Assembly (NCBI GenBank): GCA_963849325.1
Contig: CAWKHF010000002.1
Coordinates: 160,001-224,000 of the forward strand
From: an uncultured Planctomycetota bacterium
Lineage (GTDB): Bacteria; Planctomycetota; Planctomycetia; Gemmatales; Gemmataceae
Direction of reading: 5' to 3'
DNA length: 64,000 nucleotides
Positions 39,397 through 49,832 of this stretch are shown here, in pieces (the first letter of the stretch is position 1; each line of letters opens with the position of its first letter). The notes below the pieces were generated by a model. It worked only from the letters and a program-made list of their open reading frames with translations, was not told the DNA's origin and did no database searches. The translations under genes and the position numbers were made by a program.

Positions 39397-41703
39397 TCAC
39401 TTCGGCCAGTGCAAATGCTGGTGCAGGAAGTCGAACGTCCCCTTGCCGTGGATAGCATGGCCATCGTTGGAAAATTCGATGGCCGTGCGTTCGCCCAGGC
39501 CGAGGTGGTCGTAGAGCCGGCGCACCTTGGCGTATTCGTAGGCCACCCACTCATCGGGGGCCACGGGATCGTCGTGGCCGCGCTCCACCATGAACGGCCG
39601 CGGCAGCATCAGCGCCGCCATCTCGGCATAGTTGAACGTCGCGCCCATGTCGAAATAGGGCATCTCCCATTCGACGGTGAACATAAAGCTATATTTCGCA
39701 TCCGTGGAGGCCACCTTGCGGGCCCAGTCGTTGAAGTCGGCCGAGCAGATCGACAGGCAGTAGCGCTCCAGCAGCGGCGGCACGCGCACCGCCGTCTCGC
39801 CGCCGTAGCTGAGTCCGTAGAAGGCGATGCGCGTGGGATCGACCTGCGGCAGTTTCTCCAGCCAGTTGAGGATTTGCTGGTGCTGCGCCAGGATGAACGA
39901 GAACAGGGACGCCTTGGCGGTGTTGGCCTTGCGGCTGAGAAAGCGATAACGGTCCTCGCCGCGATAGGGATTGTGTGGGGCGAACACGATGAAGCCGCGC
40001 TCGGCCAGGCGGGCGCCAAAGTTACGAAGAGAGGGTTTGTCTCCCTCGATGGCGTGCCAGGGTAGGCCGTTGCGTCCGTGCTGGCAGACGACGACGGGCC
40101 GTTTCTCGCCGGGCTTGAGGTCTTTGGGCAGCAGCAGCACCCCCCAGGCGAACACGTCGGGATGAACGTCCAGGACGACTTCATAGCCCACCCACTTGTC
40201 GCGGTCGTAGACCTTGCGCGAACGCGGATTGGGCGGCAGCGAAGGATCGTCGAGTTTGCCGAGCACCTCGGTCCAGAGATAACGTCGATAGCGCGGCGTC
40301 TCCTTCACGAACGCATCCAGTGCTCGATGGCCGGGAGCCGGATTGATCGGGAAGAAGCGATCGCGCACGCGGTCGGCGCCGCGCACCAGACGCTGGACGT
40401 GGCGCTCCAGTTCCCGCACCTGGCGTCGCTGTCGCTCGGCGGGATCAAGGCGGCGGCGATGCTCCGCAGGCAGATCGTCCGACAGCTTCATGGCCGATTC
40501 GATTCCGAGCAGGTGGGCGAACGCTTGCAGTGCTCGCGGCGAGCCGGGTCCGACCGTCTGGCCATCGCTGCCGGCGATGAGGTGCCGAGGCTGGAAGTTG
40601 GGTTTTAACAGCGTATCGATGCGTCGAAATTCCGCCTGGACCGAGGCAAACTCCGGAGTCGTCACCTTTCCGGCGGCCGCACCACCGCGCCGCCCGGGTT
40701 GGACCGGCGGAGGCTCCTTCACCGTCGGCGCCTCGCTGTGCTCCACGACCAGGCCGCGCGGGGCGATCAGCGTGGCAATCTCCGCGTCGCCGAACTCGTG
40801 CAATAGGCTCCAGACGTTGCGATAAATCGGCTCCTGCCAGGTGCGCTGCCGACTGTCGAAATAGCCACTGACCAGGCAAGCGTCGATGCGCGGATCGACG
40901 GCGGCGGCGTAGAAGGCGAGCAGACCGCCCTCGCCGTAGCCGACGACGCCGACTTTCGCCTTCGGGCCGGGCCGCTGCTTGAACCAGTCCACGACGGCGA
41001 GGATTTTCTGTACCTCGTAACCGATGACGTGCCGACCCATGTGGTAGGCTTGCCGATAAATCCACTCCCGATGCGGCTGATTGGTCCAGGCGACCTCGGC
41101 GTTTCCCGACCAGCGATCGGAGCGATCGATCAGCACCGGCACGACGACCCGGAAACCGTTCTCCGCCAGCCGGCGGGCGAACTGCGCTTCCTTCTCCACA
41201 CCCGGTGCCAGGCCCACGAGTTGTTCCGGTGTCTGGTCGGCGTCCGGCAGCGCGACGACGCACGCACGCGGCTCGTCCTTCGGTTCCAGAAGCAACCCTT
41301 CGCCGCTGACGTCATCGAGCACCAGCCAGCGGACTTGATAGATCCGGTAACGATCCATCTCGGCCACGAGCGCGAGAGCAACGTCATCACCGAAGCGCTC
41401 CATGCGAACGGGCAAACGCGGATCGACGACGCCGATGATCTTTTGAAAGCGTTGGCGGTTGGGCTGAATCGACTTCTCGTAAGCCGCGGCGGAGGAAAAG
41501 TCCCGCCGCCAATGGCGTGGGCGCTGTTCGATCGATTGCTCGATCTTTTTCTCGATATAGGCGTGCAGACCGTCCATCATCTTGTCGGCGAGATCGCTCT
41601 TTTCGCTCAGGGGCACGGTGCCCGGCAGGCGTAAGACTTCTTCGGCCGACGCCAGCAACGGTGACAAGAAGAAGGCGAGAGGAAGACAACGCGGCAGGAT
41701 CAT
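39397..41703 (-). CDS. Secreted tandem alpha/beta hydrolase (dienelactone hydrolase-like)
   Basis: GYGEGG and YGLSYGG nucleophile-elbow motifs, VVCQHG, ERGHDD. Confidence 0.8.
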   Translation of the reverse strand: MILPRCLPLAFFLSPLLASAEEVLRLPGTVPLSEKSDLADKMMDGLHAYIEKKIEQSIEQRPRHWRRDFSSAAAYEKSIQPNRQRFQKIIGVVDPRLPVRMERFGDDVALALVAEMDRYRIYQVRWLVLDDVSGEGLLLEPKDEPRACVVALPDADQTPEQLVGLAPGVEKEAQFARRLAENGFRVVVPVLIDRSDRWSGNAEVAWTNQPHREWIYRQAYHMGRHVIGYEVQKILAVVDWFKQRPGPKAKVGVVGYGEGGLLAFYAAAVDPRIDACLVSGYFDSRQRTWQEPIYRNVWSLLHEFGDAEIATLIAPRGLVVEHSEAPTVKEPPPVQPGRRGGAAAGKVTTPEFASVQAEFRRIDTLLKPNFQPRHLIAGSDGQTVGPGSPRALQAFAHLLGIESAMKLSDDLPAEHRRRLDPAERQRRQVRELERHVQRLVRGADRVRDRFFPINPAPGHRALDAFVKETPRYRRYLWTEVLGKLDDPSLPPNPRSRKVYDRDKWVGYEVVLDVHPDVFAWGVLLLPKDLKPGEKRPVVVCQHGRNGLPWHAIEGDKPSLRNFGARLAERGFIVFAPHNPYRGEDRYRFLSRKANTAKASLFSFILAQHQQILNWLEKLPQVDPTRIAFYGLSYGGETAVRVPPLLERYCLSICSADFNDWARKVASTDAKYSFMFTVEWEMPYFDMGATFNYAEMAALMLPRPFMVERGHDDPVAPDEWVAYEYAKVRRLYDHLGLGERTAIEFSNDGHAIHGKGTFDFLHQHLHWPK

Positions 41704-41803
41704 ACGCAGCCTCTCTTCACGAGTTTCGGGATCGATACCCCCACAGCGGTTACGGCAGCCATGCGTCCCGAAGCGATTCTACCGGATGGACGAAAAAAGA
41801 CGC

Positions 41804-41896
41804 AAAACCACGAATCACACGAATAACACGAATAAGAAAAAACACGAAGAATGTACCTCTTCTTTCATTCGTGTCATTCGTGTGATTCGTGGTTTT
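41804..41896. repeat. Intergenic inverted repeat of 9-mer units (ACCACGAATCACACGAAT family)
   Basis: Arms nearly identical to 14886-15003. Confidence 0.9.
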
Positions 41897-42539
41897 CCTC
41901 TTTACTATAGTGGTCCTTACTTCCGATTGTCCGCAAGACGGCGCGGACAGGACTGGCATCGAAGCCGACCAGCTTCAACGGCAGCGCGATCAGCTCGTAC
42001 CGTCCTTCCGGCACATCCTTGAGCAGCAACCCTTCGAGGATCGCCATGTCGTACCTCAGGAATTGCCGATGGCTGGGCAGGTCCGTCGAGTCGAACAGGT
42101 CCACGCTCGGCGTGTCGATGCCGACCAGGCGGACGCCTTGCCGGTGCAGATGGACCACCAGTTCCGGGTCCAGGGCGGCGAAGTCCTCGTTGAAGTCCTC
42201 CGGATTGGGATAGGTGCCGGTGGCCAGCAACACGCGGGGCGCCTCGATGGGTCCGGGCAGCATGTCCGGCGCGATGCGTACACGCCGCGGCACGCTCAGC
42301 CGCACTACCTGGCATGGGCCGAGGTAATCGTCGAGCCGACACTGATCGATGGCCGGCGCATCGGCGCCGTAGTGGCTCGGCGCGTCGGCGTGGGCGCCGA
42401 GGTGGACCGTGGCGTGCAGGGTGGACAGGGTGATGTTATCGCCGCGCCGCAGGTCGCACAGCACTTGCCGCGATGGCGGCGTATCGCCGGGCCAGACGCG
42501 AAGACGCGGCGAGATGGTGGGAGTGATGTCGAAAATCAT
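41874..42539 (-). CDS. kynB: Cyclase family protein / kynurenine formamidase
   Basis: VWPGD, HLGAHADAPSH, VGIDTPSVD, DASPVRAVL; directly follows the TDO gene. Confidence 0.85.
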   Translation of the reverse strand: MIFDITPTISPRLRVWPGDTPPSRQVLCDLRRGDNITLSTLHATVHLGAHADAPSHYGADAPAIDQCRLDDYLGPCQVVRLSVPRRVRIAPDMLPGPIEAPRVLLATGTYPNPEDFNEDFAALDPELVVHLHRQGVRLVGIDTPSVDLFDSTDLPSHRQFLRYDMAILEGLLLKDVPEGRYELIALPLKLVGFDASPVRAVLRTIGSKDHYSKEENHESHE

Positions 42540-43318
42540 AGTTTGTGCCGAATGGCCCACAGGTCCGCGAATACCGGATGAAATAGCGACCGTTTGAGGA
42601 AATCGACGCCCAGCGAGCCGCCGGTGCCGCGCTTGCTGCCGATGCTCCGCTCCACTAACTTGATGTGGCGATAACGCCATTCCTGAAAGCCCTCGTCGAA
42701 GTCCGTCATCAGCTCGAACAAAATCTCCATGTCCGGCTGCGTCTTGTACAGGCGCAGGACGCCCTCCGCGACGGTCTCGTCGGCCACCGACGGTAGGGTG
42801 ACGTCGCGTGCCCGCAACTCCGTCGGGATGGTGACGCCGTGGCGCTGGAGGAAAGTGTAGAAGCAATCGACCAGCGACGGCTCGTGCAGGCGGCGGAGCA
42901 GGCGCTCGTAGGCCGGCGTATTCGGCTGCTGGTAGCGCAGCATGTCCGCGCGCTTGTAGCCGAGTACAAACTCGAATTCGCGGAACTGGCTCGATTGAAA
43001 GCCGGACGCGGTGTCCAGGCGCGCGCGGAAACTGTTGAACGACATCGGCGTCAGCGTTTCCAGAATGTCGATCTGCTCGACCATCACTTTCAGGATGGTG
43101 CGGACGCGCTTGAAAGTGGCGATGGCGCCGTACAGGTGATCGTCGAGGAAATCGCGCTTGATCTTGTCCAGCTCGTGCAGTTGCAGCTTGAACCACAGCT
43201 CATACGCCTGGTGGCTGATGATGAACAGCATCTCGTCGTGCTCGGCCGGTTGGGAGCGCGGCTCCTGCAAGGCCAGCAGCTCATCGAGCTTCAGGTAAGT
43301 GGCGTAGGTCAGGTCCAT
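42536..43318 (-). CDS. kynA: Tryptophan 2,3-dioxygenase
   Basis: YLKLDELL.LQ, HDEMLFIISHQAYELWFK, ASGFQS.QFR, KRGTGGS.G. Confidence 0.93.
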   Translation of the reverse strand: MDLTYATYLKLDELLALQEPRSQPAEHDEMLFIISHQAYELWFKLQLHELDKIKRDFLDDHLYGAIATFKRVRTILKVMVEQIDILETLTPMSFNSFRARLDTASGFQSSQFREFEFVLGYKRADMLRYQQPNTPAYERLLRRLHEPSLVDCFYTFLQRHGVTIPTELRARDVTLPSVADETVAEGVLRLYKTQPDMEILFELMTDFDEGFQEWRYRHIKLVERSIGSKRGTGGSLGVDFLKRSLFHPVFADLWAIRHKL

Positions 43319-43330
43319 AGCGAGGCTCCC

Positions 43331-44667
43331 TCAGCGCAGCAGGAGGACGCCCAGGAGGACGAGGGCGGCGAGCACGGCGGCGACGATGCCGCGCACCACC
43401 CAATCCTGACGGCGAGCGCGGCGCAGGGCGTCGGCGTAGGGGGTGCGCGTGAACTCAATCAGGACGTACAGCGGGACGTAGCCGCGCGGCAACAGACGGT
43501 GCAGCAGCAGGCCGAATTTCTTGCGGAGCACGAACAGCCGCGAGCCGACCCGATCGCGCATCTCCACAAAATTCTCGATGCACAGATCGGCCAGCACATC
43601 AAGGTGTTCTTTGCGCACGACTCGTAGGCGGCGAAGGCGGCGGCGCGGTCGGTGTGGCGATCCAGGCAGTCGGCGAGGACGGTGCAGTCCTCGAAGGCGG
43701 CGTTCATGCCCTGGCCGAGGAACGGCACCACGGCATGGCAGGCGTCGCCGAGCAGGACGACGCGGCCGTCCCAGTGCCAGGGCTGACAACGAATGGTCAC
43801 CAACGCGCCGGTCGGGTTGTCCAGGAAGTCGCGGCCCAGTGTCGGGATGAGCGGCACCACGTCGGGAAACTGCACGCGGAAATGCGCTTCAACGGCGTCC
43901 GCGCTGCGCAGGGCGGCGAAGCTGTTAGGCCCCTCGAACGGCCAGAACAGGGTGCCGGTGAAGGAGCCGTCCTGGTTGGGCAGGGCGATCATCATGAAGC
44001 TGCCGCGCGGCCAGATGTGCAGCGCGTGCGGGTCCAACCGGAACGAGCCGTCCGGGCCAGCCGGGATGGTCAACTCCTTGTAGCCGTGGCCGAGGTAGTC
44101 TTGCCGGTAGTTGAAACGCTCCTGCTTCTGCAACGAACCGCGCACGGCTGAATAGGCCCCGTCGGTGCCGACGATGAGGTCCGCCTGGACCCGGACGGCG
44201 GCCGGCGTGGCCGGATCGACAAACTCCAGCGTACCGGTGTCCAGGTCCACTCCGGTACACTTGTGGCCGAAGAAGAGACGGACGGACGGTTGACGGGCGG
44301 CGGCCTCGACGAGCAATCGGTTCAAGCCGGCCCGCGAGACGGAGTGCAGGACCTCGGAGTCGTCCTTGCCGTAGGGCTGAAACGTTTGTTCTCCGCTCGG
44401 TGCATGAATCATCCGACCGCGCATGAGGATGGCGGACTTGAGCACGTCCTCGGCCAGCCCGATCTGTCGCAGGGCGTGGATGCCGCGCACCGAGAGAGCA
44501 AGGTTGATGGAGCGGCCGGGTTCCTGCCCCTGTTGGCGCGGGTCGGGTCGCTTCTCGTACACCTCGACGCGATGGCCGGCGCGGGCCAGCGAGCAGGCCA
44601 GCAGCGCGCCGGCGAGGCCCGCGCCGACGATGGTGACGGTCGGCTTGTTCGACGGTGACTCGACCAT
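43331..44667 (-). CDS. kmo: Kynurenine 3-monooxygenase; frameshift near 43620
   Basis: GAGLAG, GRSINLALSVRG, HGYKELTIP, ALHIWPRG.FMMIALPN, GDACHAVVPFLGQGMNAAFED. Confidence 0.9.
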
Positions 44668-44916
44668 GCGGAAGCCTCGTCCCAACAGCGAGGCGAGAGC
44701 GGACAACCCTTACATCCGCCTGCGCAGATGGTAACACGAATTTCCCTTGCTGTCGCCGCCCCATCTCGTCGGCCGGCCCGTGCGGTTCTCGCCTTCGTCT
44801 TGACCGCCGGTCCCGATCCCTGCTATAACCAATCATCCGTAGGGGACCAGGGCGCTGGGGGTCCGCGCATCTCCAATCCCAGGGGCCAGTTCCGGCGGAA
44901 GTGAAGGAGAGGATTG

Positions 44917-45681
44917 ATGTTCGGCAAACACGGCGGACTTTGGGGTTTGGGGCTGCTCGCCGCGCTGCTCGTCTTCGCGCTGGTGCAGCGGACGCCGGCC
45001 GCCAATCCCAACGAACGTACCGTCAAGCCGGGAGCCAACGTCCAGGACGCCGACGACATCACCTCGCCGACCAGCAAGGTCTGGGTGCTCGATTTCAAGT
45101 TCAAGGATCCGCGTCTCATCAAGGTGGACGTGCCCGGACGCGGTCAAAAAGTGTGCTGGTATCTGTTCTACCAGGTCATCAACAAGACGCCGCAGCCGCG
45201 CACGCTCATCCCCGACTTCGAGCTGGTGACGCACGACCGCAACACGGTCCACCACGACCAGATCCTGCCCAAGGTGCAGGAGGCCATCCGCCAGATCGAG
45301 GATCCGTCCAACTACCTCAAGATCAAGAACTCCGTGACCATCCAGGCCGAGCCGATCCCGCCGTCGCGCAAGGAGGCCGAGCCGCGGGCCGTCACCGGCG
45401 TGGCCATCTGGGATGATGTCGATCCGGAGTCGAATTACTACAGTATCTTCGTGTCGGGTCTGTCCAACGGCTGGGCGGTGACCGACGACCCGGAGAAGCC
45501 CGGCGTCAAGTCCATCGTGCGGCGCAAGACGCTGCAACTGAACTTCCGCCGCCTGGGCGACCGTTATCTGCAAAGGTCGGAGGAGATCCATTTTGTGCCG
45601 CCGGCACAGTGGCTCTATCGAGGCTCCTCGTTGACCGTGCCGGGTTTGCCGTCCGCCCCGGTGGAAGGAAAAAAAGAGTAG
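44917..45681 (+). CDS. Secreted hypothetical protein
   Basis: AAGGAGAGG RBS, signal peptide, coding-like composition. Confidence 0.75.
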   Translation: MFGKHGGLWGLGLLAALLVFALVQRTPAANPNERTVKPGANVQDADDITSPTSKVWVLDFKFKDPRLIKVDVPGRGQKVCWYLFYQVINKTPQPRTLIPDFELVTHDRNTVHHDQILPKVQEAIRQIEDPSNYLKIKNSVTIQAEPIPPSRKEAEPRAVTGVAIWDDVDPESNYYSIFVSGLSNGWAVTDDPEKPGVKSIVRRKTLQLNFRRLGDRYLQRSEEIHFVPPAQWLYRGSSLTVPGLPSAPVEGKKE

Positions 45682-45700
45682 GCCGTTTGAGGGAGACAAC

Positions 45701-45958
45701 ATGGCTCACAAGAAAGGTCAAGGCTCCGTCCGCAACGGGCGCGAATCGCACAGCCAGCGGCTGGGCATCAAGGTTTACGGCGGCGGCTCGGTGACGGCCG
45801 GCAGTATCCTCGTTCGTCAGCGCGGCACGCGCTTCCACCCCGGCCGTAATGTCGGCCGCGGCAGGGACGATACCCTGTTCGCCCTGACCGATGGCGTCGT
45901 TCACTTTGATCGCCAGGGCCGCCGCGTCAACATTCTGTCGGCCCCGCCCCAACAATAA
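45701..45958 (+). CDS. rpmA: 50S ribosomal protein L27
   Basis: [16 protein letters not shown]...[23 protein letters not shown]. Confidence 0.97.
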   Translation: MAHKKGQGSVRNGRESHSQRLGIKVYGGGSVTAGSILVRQRGTRFHPGRNVGRGRDDTLFALTDGVVHFDRQGRRVNILSAPPQQ

Positions 45959-45989
45959 GCGCAAACGGAAAGAGCCCTTCCCGGCTCGG

Positions 45990-46056
45990 AGCGTAACAGC
46001 TTTTTGCATCGCGCGGCGCAAGTCGTGAACAACGCCATGCAAAAAGCTGTTACGCT
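45990..46056. repeat. 20-bp perfect inverted repeat between convergent genes
   Basis: AGCGTAACAGCTTTTTGCAT ... ATGCAAAAAGCTGTTACGCT. Confidence 0.8.
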
Positions 46057-46069
46057 GCGCACCCTCCTC

Positions 46070-48832
46070 CTACTTCTTCTTCTTGAAATCGCCGGCGCGG
46101 ATGATGACCAGCTTCTGGGCGTCGATGTGATTGCGGAAGGCGCTGTTGACCTCCTCGACGGTCAGGGCATCGACTCTTTTCTCCAGTTCGCCGTAGTAGG
46201 CGATGCCGCGACCGACGTGCAGCTCGCTCTGGAGGATGCCGGCTAAACTGGAGTCGCTGGCACGATGCTGCTTGAGGGAGGCGAGAAACGCCTTCTTGCC
46301 CTCGCGCAGCTCCGACTCCGTGACGCCCTCCTTGCACATCTTCTCTAGTTCCTCCAGCACCACTTTATCGAGCTTGTCGATGTTGCTGGGGTTGCAAATG
46401 GCGGCCATCAGAAAGCGCGCCGACTTATCCTGAGCATCGGCGCCGTACTGCGACTGGACCCCGTAGGACAGTCCCTCCTTCTGGCGGACGCGGTTGGCCA
46501 GGCGCGAGGAGAGAGCGCCGCCGCCGAAGAGGAAGTTGGCCACTTCCAGGCCGGCGTTGTCCGGGTCGGTGTCCCGCAGCGGGAACATCAGGGCGGCGAC
46601 GTAAAAGGCGTTCTCCTTGTCGGGCGTGTCGATGACCACGCGCTCGGGCTTGACGTTCTCCGGCGCCGGCCGTTCGATGCGCCGGTAGGCGACGCCCGGC
46701 TTCCAGTCCTTCAGGGCGTCGTCCATCTGCTTGAGCACCGGGGCCGGATCGAAGTCGCCGACGACGACCAGCTCGCCATTCTGGCCGCCGAGCTGATCGG
46801 CATACAGCTTCCGTACTTCCTCGACGGTCACGGCGTCCAGCCGCGCCAGCGATTCGTCGATGGTCGGCACATAACGGACGTCCTCGGGAGGATAAGGAGC
46901 GAGTTTGCGCTGCATGGCGCGGATGGCCCGCTGGATCGGCTCGGGCCGCGAGCGTTCGAGTTGAGTGCGAAGCTGTCGTTTGAGGACGCTGAACTCGTTC
47001 TCGGGGAACGTCGGCTCGCGCAGGATTTCGGCCAGCAGGGCCAGCACTTCGGGCAGCGCCTTGCGCTTGCACTCGATGGAGAAGGAGGCGGTACCCAGAA
47101 GTCCGCCGGGCGAGAGCCGAGCTTGAAGGCGGTCCAGCTCGTCGGTCAACTGCTGGCGGTTGTGTTTCTTGGTGCCGCGCGCCATCAGCGTGGCGAGGAA
47201 CTGCGTGGCGCTGGTGTGGCCCTTCATCGACTCGGCGTTGCCGTAGTGCAGCACCAGCTGGAGCGTGACGACCTCGCCGCGCGTCTTGCGCGGCAGCAGG
47301 GCGGCCTTGACGCCGCCGGACAGTTGCGAGGTTTGCACGCGCTTCTCGATGTTGGCCACGGTCGGATCGAACGATTCGCCCTGAACGATGGTCTCGCGGC
47401 CCTTGTAGTCCTCGACCAGCCTGGTGACGTCGGGCGTGGCGGGGATGGCGGCGCGCTCAGGCTTCTTCGTGGGGAGGTAAACGCCGACCGTGCGGTTAGT
47501 CGCCGTCAAATACTCGTGCGCGACACGGCTGACGTCGGCGGGCGTCACCTTGGCCACGCGGTCGCGTTGCAGGAACATCAATCGCCAATCGCCGCGCGAG
47601 GCCCATTCGCTGAGCCTGACACCGATGAGGTTGCTCTTGGTCATCGCCAGCTCCCAGTTCTTCTTCAGCTGAAGCCGAGCCCGATTGACCTCGTCCTCGC
47701 CAATCGTGCCTTCGCGCACCTCGTCGATCGCCTTGAGCAGAGCGTCGCGGGCCGACTCCGGCGTGCTCTTGTCATCGACCGAGGCCAGGATGAGGAAGAT
47801 GCCGGGATCGTGCAGTCTTTCCGCGGCCGACTGGACGCTGGTAGCCTTCTTGCCCTTCTCGACCAGCGCCTGGTACAGCCGGCCGGACGGCTGCGCCGTG
47901 AGCACTTGCGACAGTACGTCCAGGGCGGCGAAGTCCTCGTGCGCGGCGGCCGGGATGTGGTAGACGGCACCGACGACGCCGACGGCGCCGACGCGGCGCA
48001 GCACCACCGTGCGCTCGCCGTCCTGCGGCGGCTCCTCCGTGTACGTGTCCTCCAACCGGCGCTCCGGCTTCTTGAGGGCGCCGAAATACTTGGCGATCAG
48101 GGACAGGGCTTTGTCTTCCTTGAAGTTGCCGGCCACGATGACCATGACATTGTCCGGCTGGTAATACTTGCGATAGAAGGCTTGCAGCTTCTCGATCGGC
48201 ACGCGCTCGATGTCGCTGCGATTGCCGATGGTGTTCTTGCCGTAGTTGTGCCACTCGAAAGCGACGCCCAGCATGCGCTGCATGAGGATGGACTGCGGAT
48301 TGTTCTCGCCCATCTCGAACTCGTTGCGCACCACGGTCATCTCGGAGGCGAGATCCTCGCGGCGGACGAAGCTGTGGACGAGACGGTCGGACTCCAGGCG
48401 GATGGCGAACTCCAGATTGTCGTCGGTGGCGTTGAGCGTCTCGTAGTAATTGGTGCGGTCGTCCGAGGTGGTGCCGTTGTACTCGGCGCCGCGATCGCGC
48501 AGGGCCTTGGTCACGTCGGTCGCCTGGGGATACAGGCGTGTGCCTTTGAACAGCATGTGCTCCAGCAGGTGGGCCATGCCGGTCTCACCGTAGCCCTCAT
48601 GGCGGGAGCCGACGAAGACGGTGCAATTGACCGTGACCTTGGAAGTGGAGGCATCGGGGAAAAGCAGGATACGGACGCCGTTGTCGAGACGGTATTCGGT
48701 GATGCCTTCGACGGTAGTGATCTTCTTGGGAGCCGCAGGCGCCTCGGCACGGCCCGGCGAAGGGCCAAAGACGAGGGCGATGAGGGCGGCGAGGGCGAGG
48801 CAAGACCGCGGGGTCGATCCGGATCGCGTCAT
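46070..48832 (-). CDS. M16 family (pitrilysin-like) zinc peptidase
   Basis: GMAHLLEHMLFKGT (HxxEH), RVRQKEGLSYG; AGGAGG RBS before ATG 48832. Confidence 0.92.
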   Translation of the reverse strand: MTRSGSTPRSCLALAALIALVFGPSPGRAEAPAAPKKITTVEGITEYRLDNGVRILLFPDASTSKVTVNCTVFVGSRHEGYGETGMAHLLEHMLFKGTRLYPQATDVTKALRDRGAEYNGTTSDDRTNYYETLNATDDNLEFAIRLESDRLVHSFVRREDLASEMTVVRNEFEMGENNPQSILMQRMLGVAFEWHNYGKNTIGNRSDIERVPIEKLQAFYRKYYQPDNVMVIVAGNFKEDKALSLIAKYFGALKKPERRLEDTYTEEPPQDGERTVVLRRVGAVGVVGAVYHIPAAAHEDFAALDVLSQVLTAQPSGRLYQALVEKGKKATSVQSAAERLHDPGIFLILASVDDKSTPESARDALLKAIDEVREGTIGEDEVNRARLQLKKNWELAMTKSNLIGVRLSEWASRGDWRLMFLQRDRVAKVTPADVSRVAHEYLTATNRTVGVYLPTKKPERAAIPATPDVTRLVEDYKGRETIVQGESFDPTVANIEKRVQTSQLSGGVKAALLPRKTRGEVVTLQLVLHYGNAESMKGHTSATQFLATLMARGTKKHNRQQLTDELDRLQARLSPGGLLGTASFSIECKRKALPEVLALLAEILREPTFPENEFSVLKRQLRTQLERSRPEPIQRAIRAMQRKLAPYPPEDVRYVPTIDESLARLDAVTVEEVRKLYADQLGGQNGELVVVGDFDPAPVLKQMDDALKDWKPGVAYRRIERPAPENVKPERVVIDTPDKENAFYVAALMFPLRDTDPDNAGLEVANFLFGGGALSSRLANRVRQKEGLSYGVQSQYGADAQDKSARFLMAAICNPSNIDKLDKVVLEELEKMCKEGVTESELREGKKAFLASLKQHRASDSSLAGILQSELHVGRGIAYYGELEKRVDALTVEEVNSAFRNHIDAQKLVIIRAGDFKKKK

Positions 48833-49031
48833 GTCGGGGCCTCCTGTTGGCCGATAGGGTAGAGTAGGTATGTTGGCGCTTCCTGGCCGTGGTCTCCATA
48901 CCGTCCGCCGGTCGAACCCGGATGGAGTTGACGGGGGAGGACGGGACATGGTATGCCGCCGCATTGCCAGGCGACTCCGCCCGGCCCGGCCGCGTACCGC
49001 GACGTCCTCCGGAACCAGAGGGAGTTGTTCT

Positions 49032-49617
49032 ATGGTACTTCTACGCAAGTCGCAAGCGTTTGGTTGCGTCCGCACGCTGATCGCGTCCGGCTTGCTAACG
49101 TGCCTGACGGTTAGCGGCTGCGAGACGGCGGCGGGTACAGGGGCGACGGCCGGCGGTCTGCTCGGCGCCGGCATCGGTGCCCTGGCGGGCCACTGCCCCG
49201 GTGCGGCGCTGGCCGGCGGCGCCTCGGCGCCGGTGCCGGCCTGCTCGGCGGGGCGGCCGTGGACGTGACCCGCGAGAAGCGGGCCCAGCGTGCCGCCGAC
49301 CGCGCCGTGGCCGCCAACGTGGCCATGCGCGCGCCAGCCTGGAAGACATCGTGCGCATGACGCAAGCCGCCTTGCCCCCCAGCCAGATCATCGACCAAAT
49401 TCGGACCAGCGGTGTCGTGTACCCGCTGACGCCGGACCAGCTCGTCTGGCTGAACCAGCAGGGCGTCAACGCCTCCGTCATCCAGGAGATGCAGGCAACC
49501 GCCTACCGCGGCGGCCGTGTCTACACTTCCGCTCCGGTGGTGATCCAGCGCCCCGTCTATGTCGCCGAGCCGGTCGTGATGCCGGCTGTCGGCGTCGGGA
49601 TTGGCGTCGGCCGATGA
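49032..49617 (+). CDS. Glycine-zipper lipoprotein-like protein; frameshifted
   Basis: Lipobox-like VSGC, GATAGGLLGAGIGALAG, then SLEDIVRMTQA...LNQQGVNASVIQEM. Confidence 0.7.
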
Positions 49618-49663
49618 GGTTTGTAATGTCCACCAATCCAGGCTGCTTCGACTAGCTATAGCT

Positions 49664-49716
49664 AGCCCGGAGCGCCAGCGACAGGTTATGCAACCTCGTC
49701 GCTGGCGCTCCGGGCT
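49664..49716. repeat. REP-like GC-rich palindrome
   Basis: AGCCCGGAGCGCCAGCGAC...GTCGCTGGCGCTCCGGGCT. Confidence 0.8.
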
Positions 49717-49832
49717 TGTGGGGCATCTTGTTCGTGGCTCTTCCCAGGTTGGCACGTCCTTTCCGGCGGACGATGGGGATGTTAGGATAGCAGGATGTTC
49801 GTCCCCAACCAACCACGCGGGAAAACCCACCT

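Noticed and set aside
49749-49766. TGGCACG upstream of the heme protein gene as a sigma-54 promoter
   Set aside because: The -12 element reads TTCC rather than TTGC; insufficient support.
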